Assembly: GCA_017550105.1 (NCBI GenBank)
Contig: JAFYLQ010000001.1
Coordinates: 34,566 to 98,565, forward strand
Direction of reading: 5' to 3'
DNA: 64,000 bases
Source of the DNA: Clostridia bacterium
Lineage (GTDB): Bacteria; Bacillota; Clostridia; Oscillospirales; Acutalibacteraceae
Part shown: positions 47,532-56,458 of the stretch, piece by piece
Layout of the letters: each line of letters opens with the position of its first letter
Numbering within the stretch: position 1 is the first letter of the stretch
Position numbers and translations under genes: made by a program
Notes under the pieces: model-generated
Databases searched by the model: none
What the model saw: only the letters and a program-made list of their open reading frames with translations
What the model was told of the DNA's origin: nothing

Positions 47532-47578
47532 AAGCATTTTCGGTCGATTTACCCCGACCGAAAATGCTTTATTTTTTT
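47532..47578 (+). terminator. Rho-independent terminator after rsmG
   Basis: 15-bp stem AAGCATTTTCGGTCG / CGACCGAAAATGCTT followed by a T-run. Confidence 0.8.
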
Positions 47579-47667
47579 GTTTTCGGGTGGTATAGTGTAG
47601 TCACAGAGAGGGAAACAAGACAGGCTTTGTGGATGAAGTTTAAACCGATTTAAGGAAAGGACAGCCA

Positions 47668-48507
47668 ATGATTAAAGCATCATCTAAAAACAAAGCAAAT
47701 TGTCAGATTCAGCTTTTACCCCACGAAAACATTTTACCGAATCCCAACCAACCACGAGTAAGGTTTGATTACAACGAGCTTGAGGGACTTGCGGTTTCGG
47801 TTCGCACAAACGGAATGCTTCAACCCATAAACGTACGAAAAAGAGCCGACGGGAAGTACGAGCTTATTTCGGGCGAACGAAGGCTCAGGGCGGCACGAAT
47901 GGTGGGAATGACAAAGCTTCCCTGTGTGGTTATGGACGTTTCGGACGAGCAATCCGCATTGTTTGCCATAATTGAAAACGTTCAAAGACAAAATCTTGAT
48001 TTTTTTGAAGAAGCGGTCGCCATTGAACGGCTTATGACCGAATACGGATTATCTCAGGAGGAGATTTCAAAAAAATTAGGTAAGGCACAGTCAACACTCT
48101 CAAATAAGCTCAGGCTTCTTCGTCTTAGTGAGGAGCTGCGAGACAAAATCTCTTATGCAGGTCTTACGGAGCGTCACGCAAGAGCCTTGCTTTCTCTACC
48201 CGATAACACTACAAGGGGCAGGGTTCTTGATATAATAATCGAAAGACATCTGACCGTTACTGAGTCCGAAAGACTTATAAACGATGTGCTCAGACGTAAA
48301 AAAGCAAAGAAAAAGCCTCAGATGCGAGCCTATAAGGATATGCGGATTTTCATAAATACCCTAAATCACGCCGTTGACGTTATCCGCAAGGCGGGTATTG
48401 AAGCGGACACGGCAAAAAGCGAAACGGACGAGTATTTTGAGTACGTTATAAGAATTTCAAAGCCCGAGGAAACGTCAGTTGCCGCAGTTACTACCCAAGC
48501 GGTGTAA
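47668..48507 (+). CDS. noc: ParB/Noc family protein (nucleoid-occlusion-like position after rsmG)
   Basis: 279 aa with the ParB box LISGERRLRAA, an HTH region and QPRVRF. Confidence 0.75.
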   Translation: MIKASSKNKANCQIQLLPHENILPNPNQPRVRFDYNELEGLAVSVRTNGMLQPINVRKRADGKYELISGERRLRAARMVGMTKLPCVVMDVSDEQSALFAIIENVQRQNLDFFEEAVAIERLMTEYGLSQEEISKKLGKAQSTLSNKLRLLRLSEELRDKISYAGLTERHARALLSLPDNTTRGRVLDIIIERHLTVTESERLINDVLRRKKAKKKPQMRAYKDMRIFINTLNHAVDVIRKAGIEADTAKSETDEYFEYVIRISKPEETSVAAVTTQAV

Positions 48508-49282
48508 TAAATGCAAAATGCAGAATGCAAAATTATCGGGGCTAACGCCGAATTATAGATAAAGTAGTTGCAACGCGAAGCCTAACCTCTCTGCGTAAGG
48601 AGAGAGGGGGCAAGGAACACGACCGCCGCCAGTGGCGGATGAAGGGAGTGTGAGTTGGCGTAGCGGTCAAAATTGTGCGAAGTGAACAACGAGCAAACAA
48701 TTTTGGGCACCGCAAGAGGACTTAACATCATTGAAAGTTATAAATAAAAGTTTTAAGCGTGATAGCAAGATTTTGATTAAATAAAGCTTGTCGGATGGTG
48801 GAGAGTCCTGTTCACTTGCTTTTAGCTATCAGTTCGATAGAACAATAAAACCCCGTAGGGTTTAGGCTTGCCTAAACCGCTAAGTTATTGATAAACCAAA
48901 CGGGCTGGGCAAGCCACAGCCCCTACAGTAATTTATTCTTCAGTTCGATAGAACAACCACAAATCCTTGATATTAATTATGCATTACAAATTACTTCGGT
49001 ATATTCTCCGCAAGGAGTTTATATAGTGTAACAGACCCCCTGTTACACAAGCCATATCTTTCTCTTTCACACCCCACATCCACAGCGGAAGGCTCCTGCC
49101 GAAAGGCGGGAGCTTTCTGCTATGGGAGTAGCCCGACTTCACTTTTTGTGTAACAAAAAACTTCACTAAATAATAGTGGTGGGTAGTTCTCTTGCGGTTT
49201 TTCTTCGGTCGGATAGAAAATATCGAAAATAAACCCCATTGTAAATCTAAAACTAAAATGCTATTATAAACACGGTGATTTT
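48508..49282. other. 775-bp ORF-free, hairpin-dense region containing dispersed repeats
   Basis: Many GNRA-type or GC-closed hairpins. CAGTTCGATAGAACAA occurs at about 48829 and 48941. The AACTTCACT words and a 24-mer are shared with positions 86-112. Confidence 0.6.
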
Positions 49283-49963
49283 ATGACGAATGATATCATG
49301 GCAGATTTACTGTCAATGAAGGACGAAGAATACAAGAAATTTCACTCTGCGCTTATGCCCACAATTGACCCCGAAAGTGTAATCGGTATACGTGTACCTG
49401 TTTTGAGGAAATACACAAAGGATTTATACAAAAAGGGCGGGTATGAGGATTTTTTGCAAGGTTTACCCCACAAATATTATGAGGAAAACAATCTTCACGC
49501 CTTTCTTATTGAACAGGAAAAGGATTATGGCACTCTAATTGAAAAATTAAATGCATTTTTACCGTACGTTGACAACTGGGCAACCTGCGATATGCTTTCA
49601 CCTAAGATTTTTAAAACCCACAAAAAAGAATTGCTCAATGAAATTGATAAATGGATAAATTCGGGTGAACCATATATAATTCGTTTCGGTATAAAATCCC
49701 TTATGCAATATTATCTTGACGAGAATTTTGATGTTTCTTTTGCTCAGAAAGTTGCGGATGTGAAAAGCGACGAGTATTACGTTAATATGATGAGGGCGTG
49801 GTATTTTGCAACGGCTCTTTCAAAGCAATATGAAGTATCGGTAAAGTTTCTCGAAAATCGTATTCTTGATAAATGGACTCACAATAAGACTATATCTAAA
49901 GCTTGCGAAAGCTACCGTATTTCATTTGAAAATAAAATATACTTAAAAACATTACGATGTTAA
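49283..49963 (+). CDS. DNA alkylation repair protein (AlkD-like HEAT-repeat family)
   Basis: 226 aa with the family-typical pattern (YKKFHSALMPT...GIRVPVLRK...DNWATCD). AT-rich. Confidence 0.75.
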   Translation: MTNDIMADLLSMKDEEYKKFHSALMPTIDPESVIGIRVPVLRKYTKDLYKKGGYEDFLQGLPHKYYEENNLHAFLIEQEKDYGTLIEKLNAFLPYVDNWATCDMLSPKIFKTHKKELLNEIDKWINSGEPYIIRFGIKSLMQYYLDENFDVSFAQKVADVKSDEYYVNMMRAWYFATALSKQYEVSVKFLENRILDKWTHNKTISKACESYRISFENKIYLKTLRC

Positions 49964-50080
49964 CGAATTCTCTTTGCGAAATTTTTCGTAAAGAGAATTT
50001 TTATGTCCTTTTAGGTTGAAATGGATATTATTTATATGTTATAATTTTTATATATTTCTTTTTGAGAGGAGTGGGGTTAC

Positions 50081-50764
50081 GTGATAAAAGCGGCGGTTTT
50101 TGACCTTGACCATACACTTTTTGACAGATACGAAACCATTAAAATTCTCGTACCCCAATTGCGTAAGCATTTTGACCTTGGGGAAGGTATTACGGATGAA
50201 TATTTCATTCAGGAATTGACTTACGCCGACAAGCATTTTGTCCATAAAGGGTGGCAGGGGATTTATAACCACCTTGTAAGCAAGGGTATTTTTAAAACCA
50301 TACCCACATTTTCGGAATATACCGAAATAGTTTTACGTCATTTCAGGCACATTGCCGTGAAATACGACTTCGCCGAGCCCACGCTCAGAAAATTGAAGGC
50401 AATGGGTATAAAGGTGGGGCTTATTACCAACGGCACCGAGGAATTACAATACAAAAAACTCGGTATGCTGGGCTTAACGGATTGCTTTGATGAAATAATT
50501 GTCAGCGGGCAGACCCCCTACGAGAAGCCCGACGAAAAAATATTCCTTATGATGGCTGACAAAATGGGGCTTAATCCCGATGAAATGCTTTATATCGGTG
50601 ACCATCCCCGTAACGATGTTGAAGGCTCAAGGAATGCGGGTTTTGTAGCAGTGTGGGTTAAAACCACGGGCACGTGGATTTTCCCCGAAATAGAAAAGCC
50701 TGAATTACAGGTTGAAACCGTTGAAGAAATCCCCGATTTAATTGAGAAAATAAACAACAGGTGA
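50081..50764 (+). CDS. HAD-superfamily hydrolase
   Basis: Motif I VFDLDHTL and motif IV IGDHPRNDV. GTG start follows GAGAGGAG. Confidence 0.8.
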   Translation: MIKAAVFDLDHTLFDRYETIKILVPQLRKHFDLGEGITDEYFIQELTYADKHFVHKGWQGIYNHLVSKGIFKTIPTFSEYTEIVLRHFRHIAVKYDFAEPTLRKLKAMGIKVGLITNGTEELQYKKLGMLGLTDCFDEIIVSGQTPYEKPDEKIFLMMADKMGLNPDEMLYIGDHPRNDVEGSRNAGFVAVWVKTTGTWIFPEIEKPELQVETVEEIPDLIEKINNR

Positions 50765-50771
50765 GTTTTTA

Positions 50772-52688
50772 ATGATTGGTGAACGCTTTTTACCTATAAC
50801 CTTAAAAGAGGTTGAAGAACGAGGCTGGGCAGAGGTGGACTTTGTCTACGTGTGCGGTGATGCATACGTGGACCATCCGTCCTTCGGTGCGGCTATTATA
50901 ACCCGTGTTCTTGAGGCTCAGGACTTTAACGTGGCTTTTCTTGCTCAACCCAATTTTAAAAGCTGTGAGGATTTCAAGCGTTTTGGAAAGCCCCGTCTTG
51001 GCTTTATGGTGTCCGCGGGTAATATTGACTCAATGGTTGCTCATTATTCCGTAGCCAAAAGAAAAAGAAGCTACGATTACTACTCGCCCGGCGGTAAGTT
51101 CGGCTTAAGACCCGACCGAGCAACCGAGGTTTACTGTAAGCTTATTCGTGAGGCCTACCCCGATTCACCTATTATTATCGGTGGCCTTGAGGCTTCACTT
51201 AGGCGTTTTGCCCATTACGATTATTGGGAGGACGAGGTGCTTGAAAGCCTGCTTGTTTCCTCGGGTGCGGATATTCTCACCTACGGTATGGGCGAAAATA
51301 TTATAAGAAAAATCGCAACACTTCTTGATAAGGGTGTGCCCGTAAATAAAATTCGTGATGTCCGCGGTACTGTGTGGCTCGGTAACAGGGGTGATAAAAT
51401 TCACTACGACTACACGGGAGAATGGGACGTTGAAAAAATAAAAACCGACAAGGAATACTACGCAAAAGCCTTTGCCGAGCAATATAAAAATCAGGATAGC
51501 TGCTACGGTAAGGCGCTTGTGGAATATTACGGCGACAAAATGCTTGTGCAGAATCCCCCCATGCCACCCCTCGAGAGGGAGGAGCTTGACGAGGTTTATG
51601 CATTGCCCTATATGAGAACCTATCACCCCTCTTACGAAAAGGACGGGGGAGTTCCCGCCATAACCGAGGTTCAGTTCTCACTTACCCATAACAGAGGTTG
51701 CTTCGGCGGTTGCAATTTCTGTGCACTTGCTTTCCATCAAGGCAGAAGTGTTCGTTCAAGAAGCATTGAAAGTGTGGTTGAGGAAGCAAAGCTCCTTACC
51801 GAGATGAAGGGCTTTAAGGGATATATAAACGACGTGGGCGGACCTACCGCAAACTTCAGATATCCTGCCTGTGATAAACAACTTGAAAGCGGTGTTTGTC
51901 CCAACAAAAAGTGCCTTGCACCCGAGCCCTGCAAGAATTTAAAGGCAGACCACAGTGAATATATAAAACTCCTTTCGGAGATTGAAAAAATACCGAAAAT
52001 CAAAAAGGTTTTCATTCGCTCGGGCATAAGATTCGATTATCTTATGGCGGATAAATCACCCTCGGGCAACGCTTTTTTCAAGAAATTGGTTAAGGACCAC
52101 GTCAGCGGTCAGCTTAAGGTTGCTCCCGAGCATTGCTCAGGTGACGTTTTGCGTCTTATGGGTAAGCCTGATTTCAAGGTTTACGAGAAGTTCAAGGACA
52201 GATATTTTGAGCTTACCAAGAGCTTCGGTATGGAGCAGTACCTTGTTCCCTATCTTATGTCAAGCCACCCCGGCAGTAAGCTTTCAGATGCGGTGAAGCT
52301 TGCGGAATATATTAAGCGTTGGCATTATAATCCCGAGCAGGTGCAGGATTATTATCCCACGCCGGGTACGGCTTCAACGGTTATGTTTTATACGGAAATT
52401 GACCCTTTTACAATGAAAAAGGTTTACGTTCCCAAAACACCAGAGGAAAAGCGTATGCAAAGAGCCTTGCTTCAGTGTGCTGACCCCAAGAACGGGGACC
52501 TTGTAAGAACGGCTCTTAGAATGTGCCACCGTGAGGATTTAATAGGATTTGACAAAAAATGCCTTGTTAAGCCGTCCTATAAGGACAGGGTTGAACAGGC
52601 TAAAAAGCAAAAAGAAAATCAACGGGGCAAAAACAACAAAAACACCAAAGGACGAAACGGCAGAAATGCAGGAAAGAGGCGATATTAA
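50772..52688 (+). CDS. YgiQ-family radical SAM protein (UPF0313)
   Basis: 638 aa with CFGGCNFC cluster motif and a family-typical N-terminus and basic tail. Confidence 0.85.
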   Translation: MIGERFLPITLKEVEERGWAEVDFVYVCGDAYVDHPSFGAAIITRVLEAQDFNVAFLAQPNFKSCEDFKRFGKPRLGFMVSAGNIDSMVAHYSVAKRKRSYDYYSPGGKFGLRPDRATEVYCKLIREAYPDSPIIIGGLEASLRRFAHYDYWEDEVLESLLVSSGADILTYGMGENIIRKIATLLDKGVPVNKIRDVRGTVWLGNRGDKIHYDYTGEWDVEKIKTDKEYYAKAFAEQYKNQDSCYGKALVEYYGDKMLVQNPPMPPLEREELDEVYALPYMRTYHPSYEKDGGVPAITEVQFSLTHNRGCFGGCNFCALAFHQGRSVRSRSIESVVEEAKLLTEMKGFKGYINDVGGPTANFRYPACDKQLESGVCPNKKCLAPEPCKNLKADHSEYIKLLSEIEKIPKIKKVFIRSGIRFDYLMADKSPSGNAFFKKLVKDHVSGQLKVAPEHCSGDVLRLMGKPDFKVYEKFKDRYFELTKSFGMEQYLVPYLMSSHPGSKLSDAVKLAEYIKRWHYNPEQVQDYYPTPGTASTVMFYTEIDPFTMKKVYVPKTPEEKRMQRALLQCADPKNGDLVRTALRMCHREDLIGFDKKCLVKPSYKDRVEQAKKQKENQRGKNNKNTKGRNGRNAGKRRY

Positions 52689-53629
52689 TGCAGCTTTTAA
52701 AAATCGACAAGGATAATTATATCGGTCAGGCAGACCCTTATATTCTTGAGCATAACGGCAAATACTATATTTATACAACGGGTGATGACGGTCTTTACGG
52801 CTATTCCTGTGACACTCTTTTAGGTGATTGGAAATTTGAGGGGCAGATTTTCACCATTCCCAACAGAACTAATTTCTGGGCACCCTCAGCCATTTGTCTT
52901 GACGGTAAATTTTATATTTATTTTTCATTTGAACTCGATGAGGCAGAGCCCGACCGGGGCGGTCACCACGGTGCAATGCACGTTTTAGAGGGCGACAATC
53001 CTATGGGTCCCTTTGAGTTAAAGGGTCAGATAGCACCGCCTTTCAGCATTGACTCACACATTGTTAAAACCGATGCAGGGCTTTTCCTCTTTTATTCACC
53101 CAACACCTTTGAGGGTGAAAGAATAGGTACACATATTGTTGTGCAGAAAATGAGCGACCCCTATACACTTGAGGGCGAGCCTAAGGTCGTGCTCCTTCCC
53201 TCCATTGATGAAGAAATTTTCTGCCGCAACAGATACAAAGAGGGTCAGCATTGGCATACTCTTGAAGGCGCCTTCTGGTTTAAAGAGGGCGAGTGGCAGT
53301 ACCTTATGTACAGTGGCGGACGTTACGAGGATGAAACCTATTTTGTAGGCTATGCCGCCGCTAAGACGGACGAGCAGGATTTAAGAAAAGTAGATTTCAA
53401 AAAAATGCCGGATGATAAAACCTACGCACCCCTTCTCAGAAGTAACGAGTGGGAGGAAGGCACGGGTCACAATAGTGTGATTAAGGTTGACGGTGAGTAT
53501 TATTGTGTTTACCACGCACGAAATGCCGAGGCAGACGGTCTCCCCGGTGACAGAAGAAATGCACGAATTGCAAAAATGAAGGTTCACGACGGTGTTATTG
53601 AAATTGCAAGACACCCCGACCATATATAA
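52688..53629 (+). CDS. Glycoside hydrolase family 43-like protein
   Basis: 313 aa with a five-bladed-propeller pattern (DPYILEHNGKYYIY, WAPS). Confidence 0.7.
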   Translation: MQLLKIDKDNYIGQADPYILEHNGKYYIYTTGDDGLYGYSCDTLLGDWKFEGQIFTIPNRTNFWAPSAICLDGKFYIYFSFELDEAEPDRGGHHGAMHVLEGDNPMGPFELKGQIAPPFSIDSHIVKTDAGLFLFYSPNTFEGERIGTHIVVQKMSDPYTLEGEPKVVLLPSIDEEIFCRNRYKEGQHWHTLEGAFWFKEGEWQYLMYSGGRYEDETYFVGYAAAKTDEQDLRKVDFKKMPDDKTYAPLLRSNEWEEGTGHNSVIKVDGEYYCVYHARNAEADGLPGDRRNARIAKMKVHDGVIEIARHPDHI

Positions 53630-53641
53630 AGGAGTATTATT

Positions 53642-54742
53642 ATGATTATTGATGAGCTTGTTGGTTTTTCAAATCTTTACGGCAGTAACGAGGAATTGGT
53701 TCTTGCAGGTGGTGGCAATACCTCTGCAAAGGACGGAGATATAATGTATATAAAGGGCTCGGGTACAAGGCTTTGTGATATTACCGCAGAGGGCTTTGTG
53801 GCAATGAGCCGCAGTAAAATTGCAGAAATTTTCACTAAAACCTATCCCGACAACGACAAAGAGCGTGAGGCGCTTTCTCTTGCTGACCTTATGGCGGCAA
53901 AGCTCCCCAATCAGGAAAATAAGCGTCCCAGCGTTGAAACAACCCTGCACAGTTTATTCCCTCAGCGATTTGTTTTGCATCTTCACCCCGCGCTTATTAA
54001 CGGTGTTACCTGCTCCAACGAAGGCAAAATTGCCTGTGACAGGCTTTTTGGCAACAGAGTTTTGTGGATTGACCCCGTAAAGCCCGGTTATACACTTGCA
54101 AAAATCTGCTACGATACCCTTGCTGAGTATAAAAACGCTACAGGTAACGATGCAGATATTGTGCTTCTTGCAAACCACGGTATTTTTGTAGCCGACGATA
54201 CGGTTGAGGGTCTTGGTGACAAGCTTTTCTTCGTAATGGATAAAATCCGTGAGGAAATTACAAACGAGCCCGATTTCTCTGTAGGTGAGTTTGACGGTGA
54301 AAAGGGTCGTGATATATTCAATGAAATTTCAGAGGTGTTTGGTGAGGATAGCGTCGTAACCTACGAGCCCTCGGCACTTTCACTTGAATATGCAAAGAAT
54401 AAAGAGTCTTTTGATAAGATTTATTATCCCTTTAACCCCGACCAGGTGGTTTACTGCAAGCCCTATCCCGTTTACGTTGAGGTATTGGGTGAGGTTAAGG
54501 GTATAGTTGAAGAGTACAAAGCCAAAAACGGTTTTCTTCCCAAAATTGTTTTTGTTAAGGATTGCGGACTTTTCGGTGTTGACTACTCACAAAAGGGTAG
54601 CGAAACTGCCGTGGCACTCTTTAACGATGCTATGAAAATATCCGTTTATGCACGTGATTTTGGTGGTGGTAAGCCTATGAGTCCGGATCTTACGGACTTC
54701 ATAGTAAACTGGGAAGCAGAAAGCTACAGAAGTAAACAATAA
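53642..54742 (+). CDS. Class II aldolase/adducin-domain protein (like the N-terminal half of rhamnose-pathway aldolase/dehydrogenases)
   Basis: 366 aa with GGGNTSAK..IKGSG and HSLFP..HLHP motifs. Confidence 0.65.
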   Translation: MIIDELVGFSNLYGSNEELVLAGGGNTSAKDGDIMYIKGSGTRLCDITAEGFVAMSRSKIAEIFTKTYPDNDKEREALSLADLMAAKLPNQENKRPSVETTLHSLFPQRFVLHLHPALINGVTCSNEGKIACDRLFGNRVLWIDPVKPGYTLAKICYDTLAEYKNATGNDADIVLLANHGIFVADDTVEGLGDKLFFVMDKIREEITNEPDFSVGEFDGEKGRDIFNEISEVFGEDSVVTYEPSALSLEYAKNKESFDKIYYPFNPDQVVYCKPYPVYVEVLGEVKGIVEEYKAKNGFLPKIVFVKDCGLFGVDYSQKGSETAVALFNDAMKISVYARDFGGGKPMSPDLTDFIVNWEAESYRSKQ

Positions 54743-54901
54743 ACCTTAAAAAACTGAATTAATAACCAAAAAAGAGCCTTGTTATTTATGGAAAACACCA
54801 AAAATAATTTAAGGCTCTTTATTTTAATTGATTTTTAATATTTGTGTGTTAGAATATTTTTTGTAAATATTGCTTTATAATAAAGTAAAGGAGAAAGTCT
54901 T

Positions 54902-56401
54902 ATGACAAAAGAAACCCTCTTTTGTGAGAAAAACGGTAAGCTTCACGTAGGACATACTATATTGACAGGCTTCGCTTTTCTTGCGTCATCAATTGCTTGG
55001 GCGATTTACGATCCCTATATTACAAAAATCCTTAACAGATTACTTACAGAATCAGTTTGGATTACAGGTCTCAGCGAAAAACTGAATGAGCTTTTCCCGG
55101 TTCTTGCAGAATTTGCAAAAACTCAGGGACAGGATGTTGGTACTGCCGCAGGGGGAATTACACTTGTTCCCTTGTTCATCGGTGTCATTATGACCTTCGA
55201 TAACATTTTCGGCGTTATTTTCCAGCCCACATTCGGTAAGCTTTCGGACCGTTGCCATTCAAAGCTCGGTAAACGCAGACCCTTCGTAGTTTACGGTGCA
55301 CCTGTTTCAGCATTATTATTTGCAATTATTCCTGTGGTTGCTTTAACAAATTCACTTCCCGGAACAATGGTTTGCATTATTCTTTTTGTGTTCTCAATGT
55401 CCTTGTGGCGAGCACCTGCAGTAGCTCTTATGCCCGCTCTTACACCGCCCCACTTAAGAAGTGAGGGTAATGCCATTATTAACCTTATGGGTGGCGTAGG
55501 ATCGGTTATCGGTCTTGCCGCAGGTGGCATCGTATCCGCAGTTTATCTTTTGGTTACAGGCGTTGAGGTTACTGCAGAAAACGAACAGACAACAAGCTTC
55601 CCATTCGTTTTCCTTGTTGGTGCGGTTGTTATGATTGTTGGTATGCTTGTTATCCGCTTCTTCGTTAAAGAACCCTCAAGCAAGCTTGAGGCCGTTGCGA
55701 TGCAGAATCAGTTAGCCGACGAAAAAGCAAAGGCAAAGGCTGAAAAAGAGGCTAAAAAAGCCGCAAAAGCCGAAGCAAAGAAAGAAAAGCTTTCAAAGAG
55801 TGAAAGAAAGAGTCTTATCTGTATGCTCGGTGGCTTGTTCTTCCTTTTCTGCGGTACAAACGCAATTACAACCTTCTTTGCTCTTTTTGCAGCGGAGGTT
55901 CTCGGCAAGTCAACAGGTGAAGCAACAATTATGACAACGTTGTTTGCTCTTTGCTCTGCTGCTGCCGCTATTCCCGCAGGTAAAATGGGTAAGAAACTTG
56001 GCAGAAAAAAGACAATCCTTATCGGTCTTATCGTATTTATGACCGTGTTCTTGCTTTACGTAATAACAGGAAGTATGGCTATTATATGGGTTGCACTTAT
56101 ATTCGGTGGCTTCGCAAATATGTTTATCACGGTTAATACCTTACCCCTTGTTCTTGAAATCGGCGGTATCAATAAGGTTGGTACATTTACCGGTTACTAC
56201 TACACCGCAACCTTCTCCGCACAGATTGCTTCACCCATAGTTTACGGTATTGTTCGTATGTTTACAGGCTCATATTTATCGCTCTTTATATACAGCCCGG
56301 TAATGTTCGCTTTGTCAATACTCCTCATACTCTTTGTTAAGCACGGTGAAGCAGTTCCCGATGAAATACTTAAAAAAGTACAAGAAGAAAATGACGACTA
56401 A
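54902..56401 (+). CDS. MFS transporter with a Lys/Ala/Glu-rich central loop
   Basis: 499 aa with about 12 TM spans, the motif GKLSDR..SKLGKRRPF, and loop ADEKAKAKAEKEAKKAAKAEAKKEK. Confidence 0.8.
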   Translation: MTKETLFCEKNGKLHVGHTILTGFAFLASSIAWAIYDPYITKILNRLLTESVWITGLSEKLNELFPVLAEFAKTQGQDVGTAAGGITLVPLFIGVIMTFDNIFGVIFQPTFGKLSDRCHSKLGKRRPFVVYGAPVSALLFAIIPVVALTNSLPGTMVCIILFVFSMSLWRAPAVALMPALTPPHLRSEGNAIINLMGGVGSVIGLAAGGIVSAVYLLVTGVEVTAENEQTTSFPFVFLVGAVVMIVGMLVIRFFVKEPSSKLEAVAMQNQLADEKAKAKAEKEAKKAAKAEAKKEKLSKSERKSLICMLGGLFFLFCGTNAITTFFALFAAEVLGKSTGEATIMTTLFALCSAAAAIPAGKMGKKLGRKKTILIGLIVFMTVFLLYVITGSMAIIWVALIFGGFANMFITVNTLPLVLEIGGINKVGTFTGYYYTATFSAQIASPIVYGIVRMFTGSYLSLFIYSPVMFALSILLILFVKHGEAVPDEILKKVQEENDD

Positions 56402-56410
56402 ATAAAAACT

Positions 56411-56443
56411 TACCCCCGGTTATCAAACCGATAATCGGGGGTA
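56411..56443. terminator. Bidirectional terminator hairpin
   Basis: Stem TACCCCCGGTTATC / GATAATCGGGGGTA between convergent genes. Confidence 0.65.
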
Positions 56444-56458
56444 TTTCTATGTGGTTTT

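Noticed and set aside
48984-49166. 60-aa ORF in the hairpin-rich region
   Set aside because: It has no RBS, runs through hairpins and dispersed repeats, and shows no recognisable protein features.
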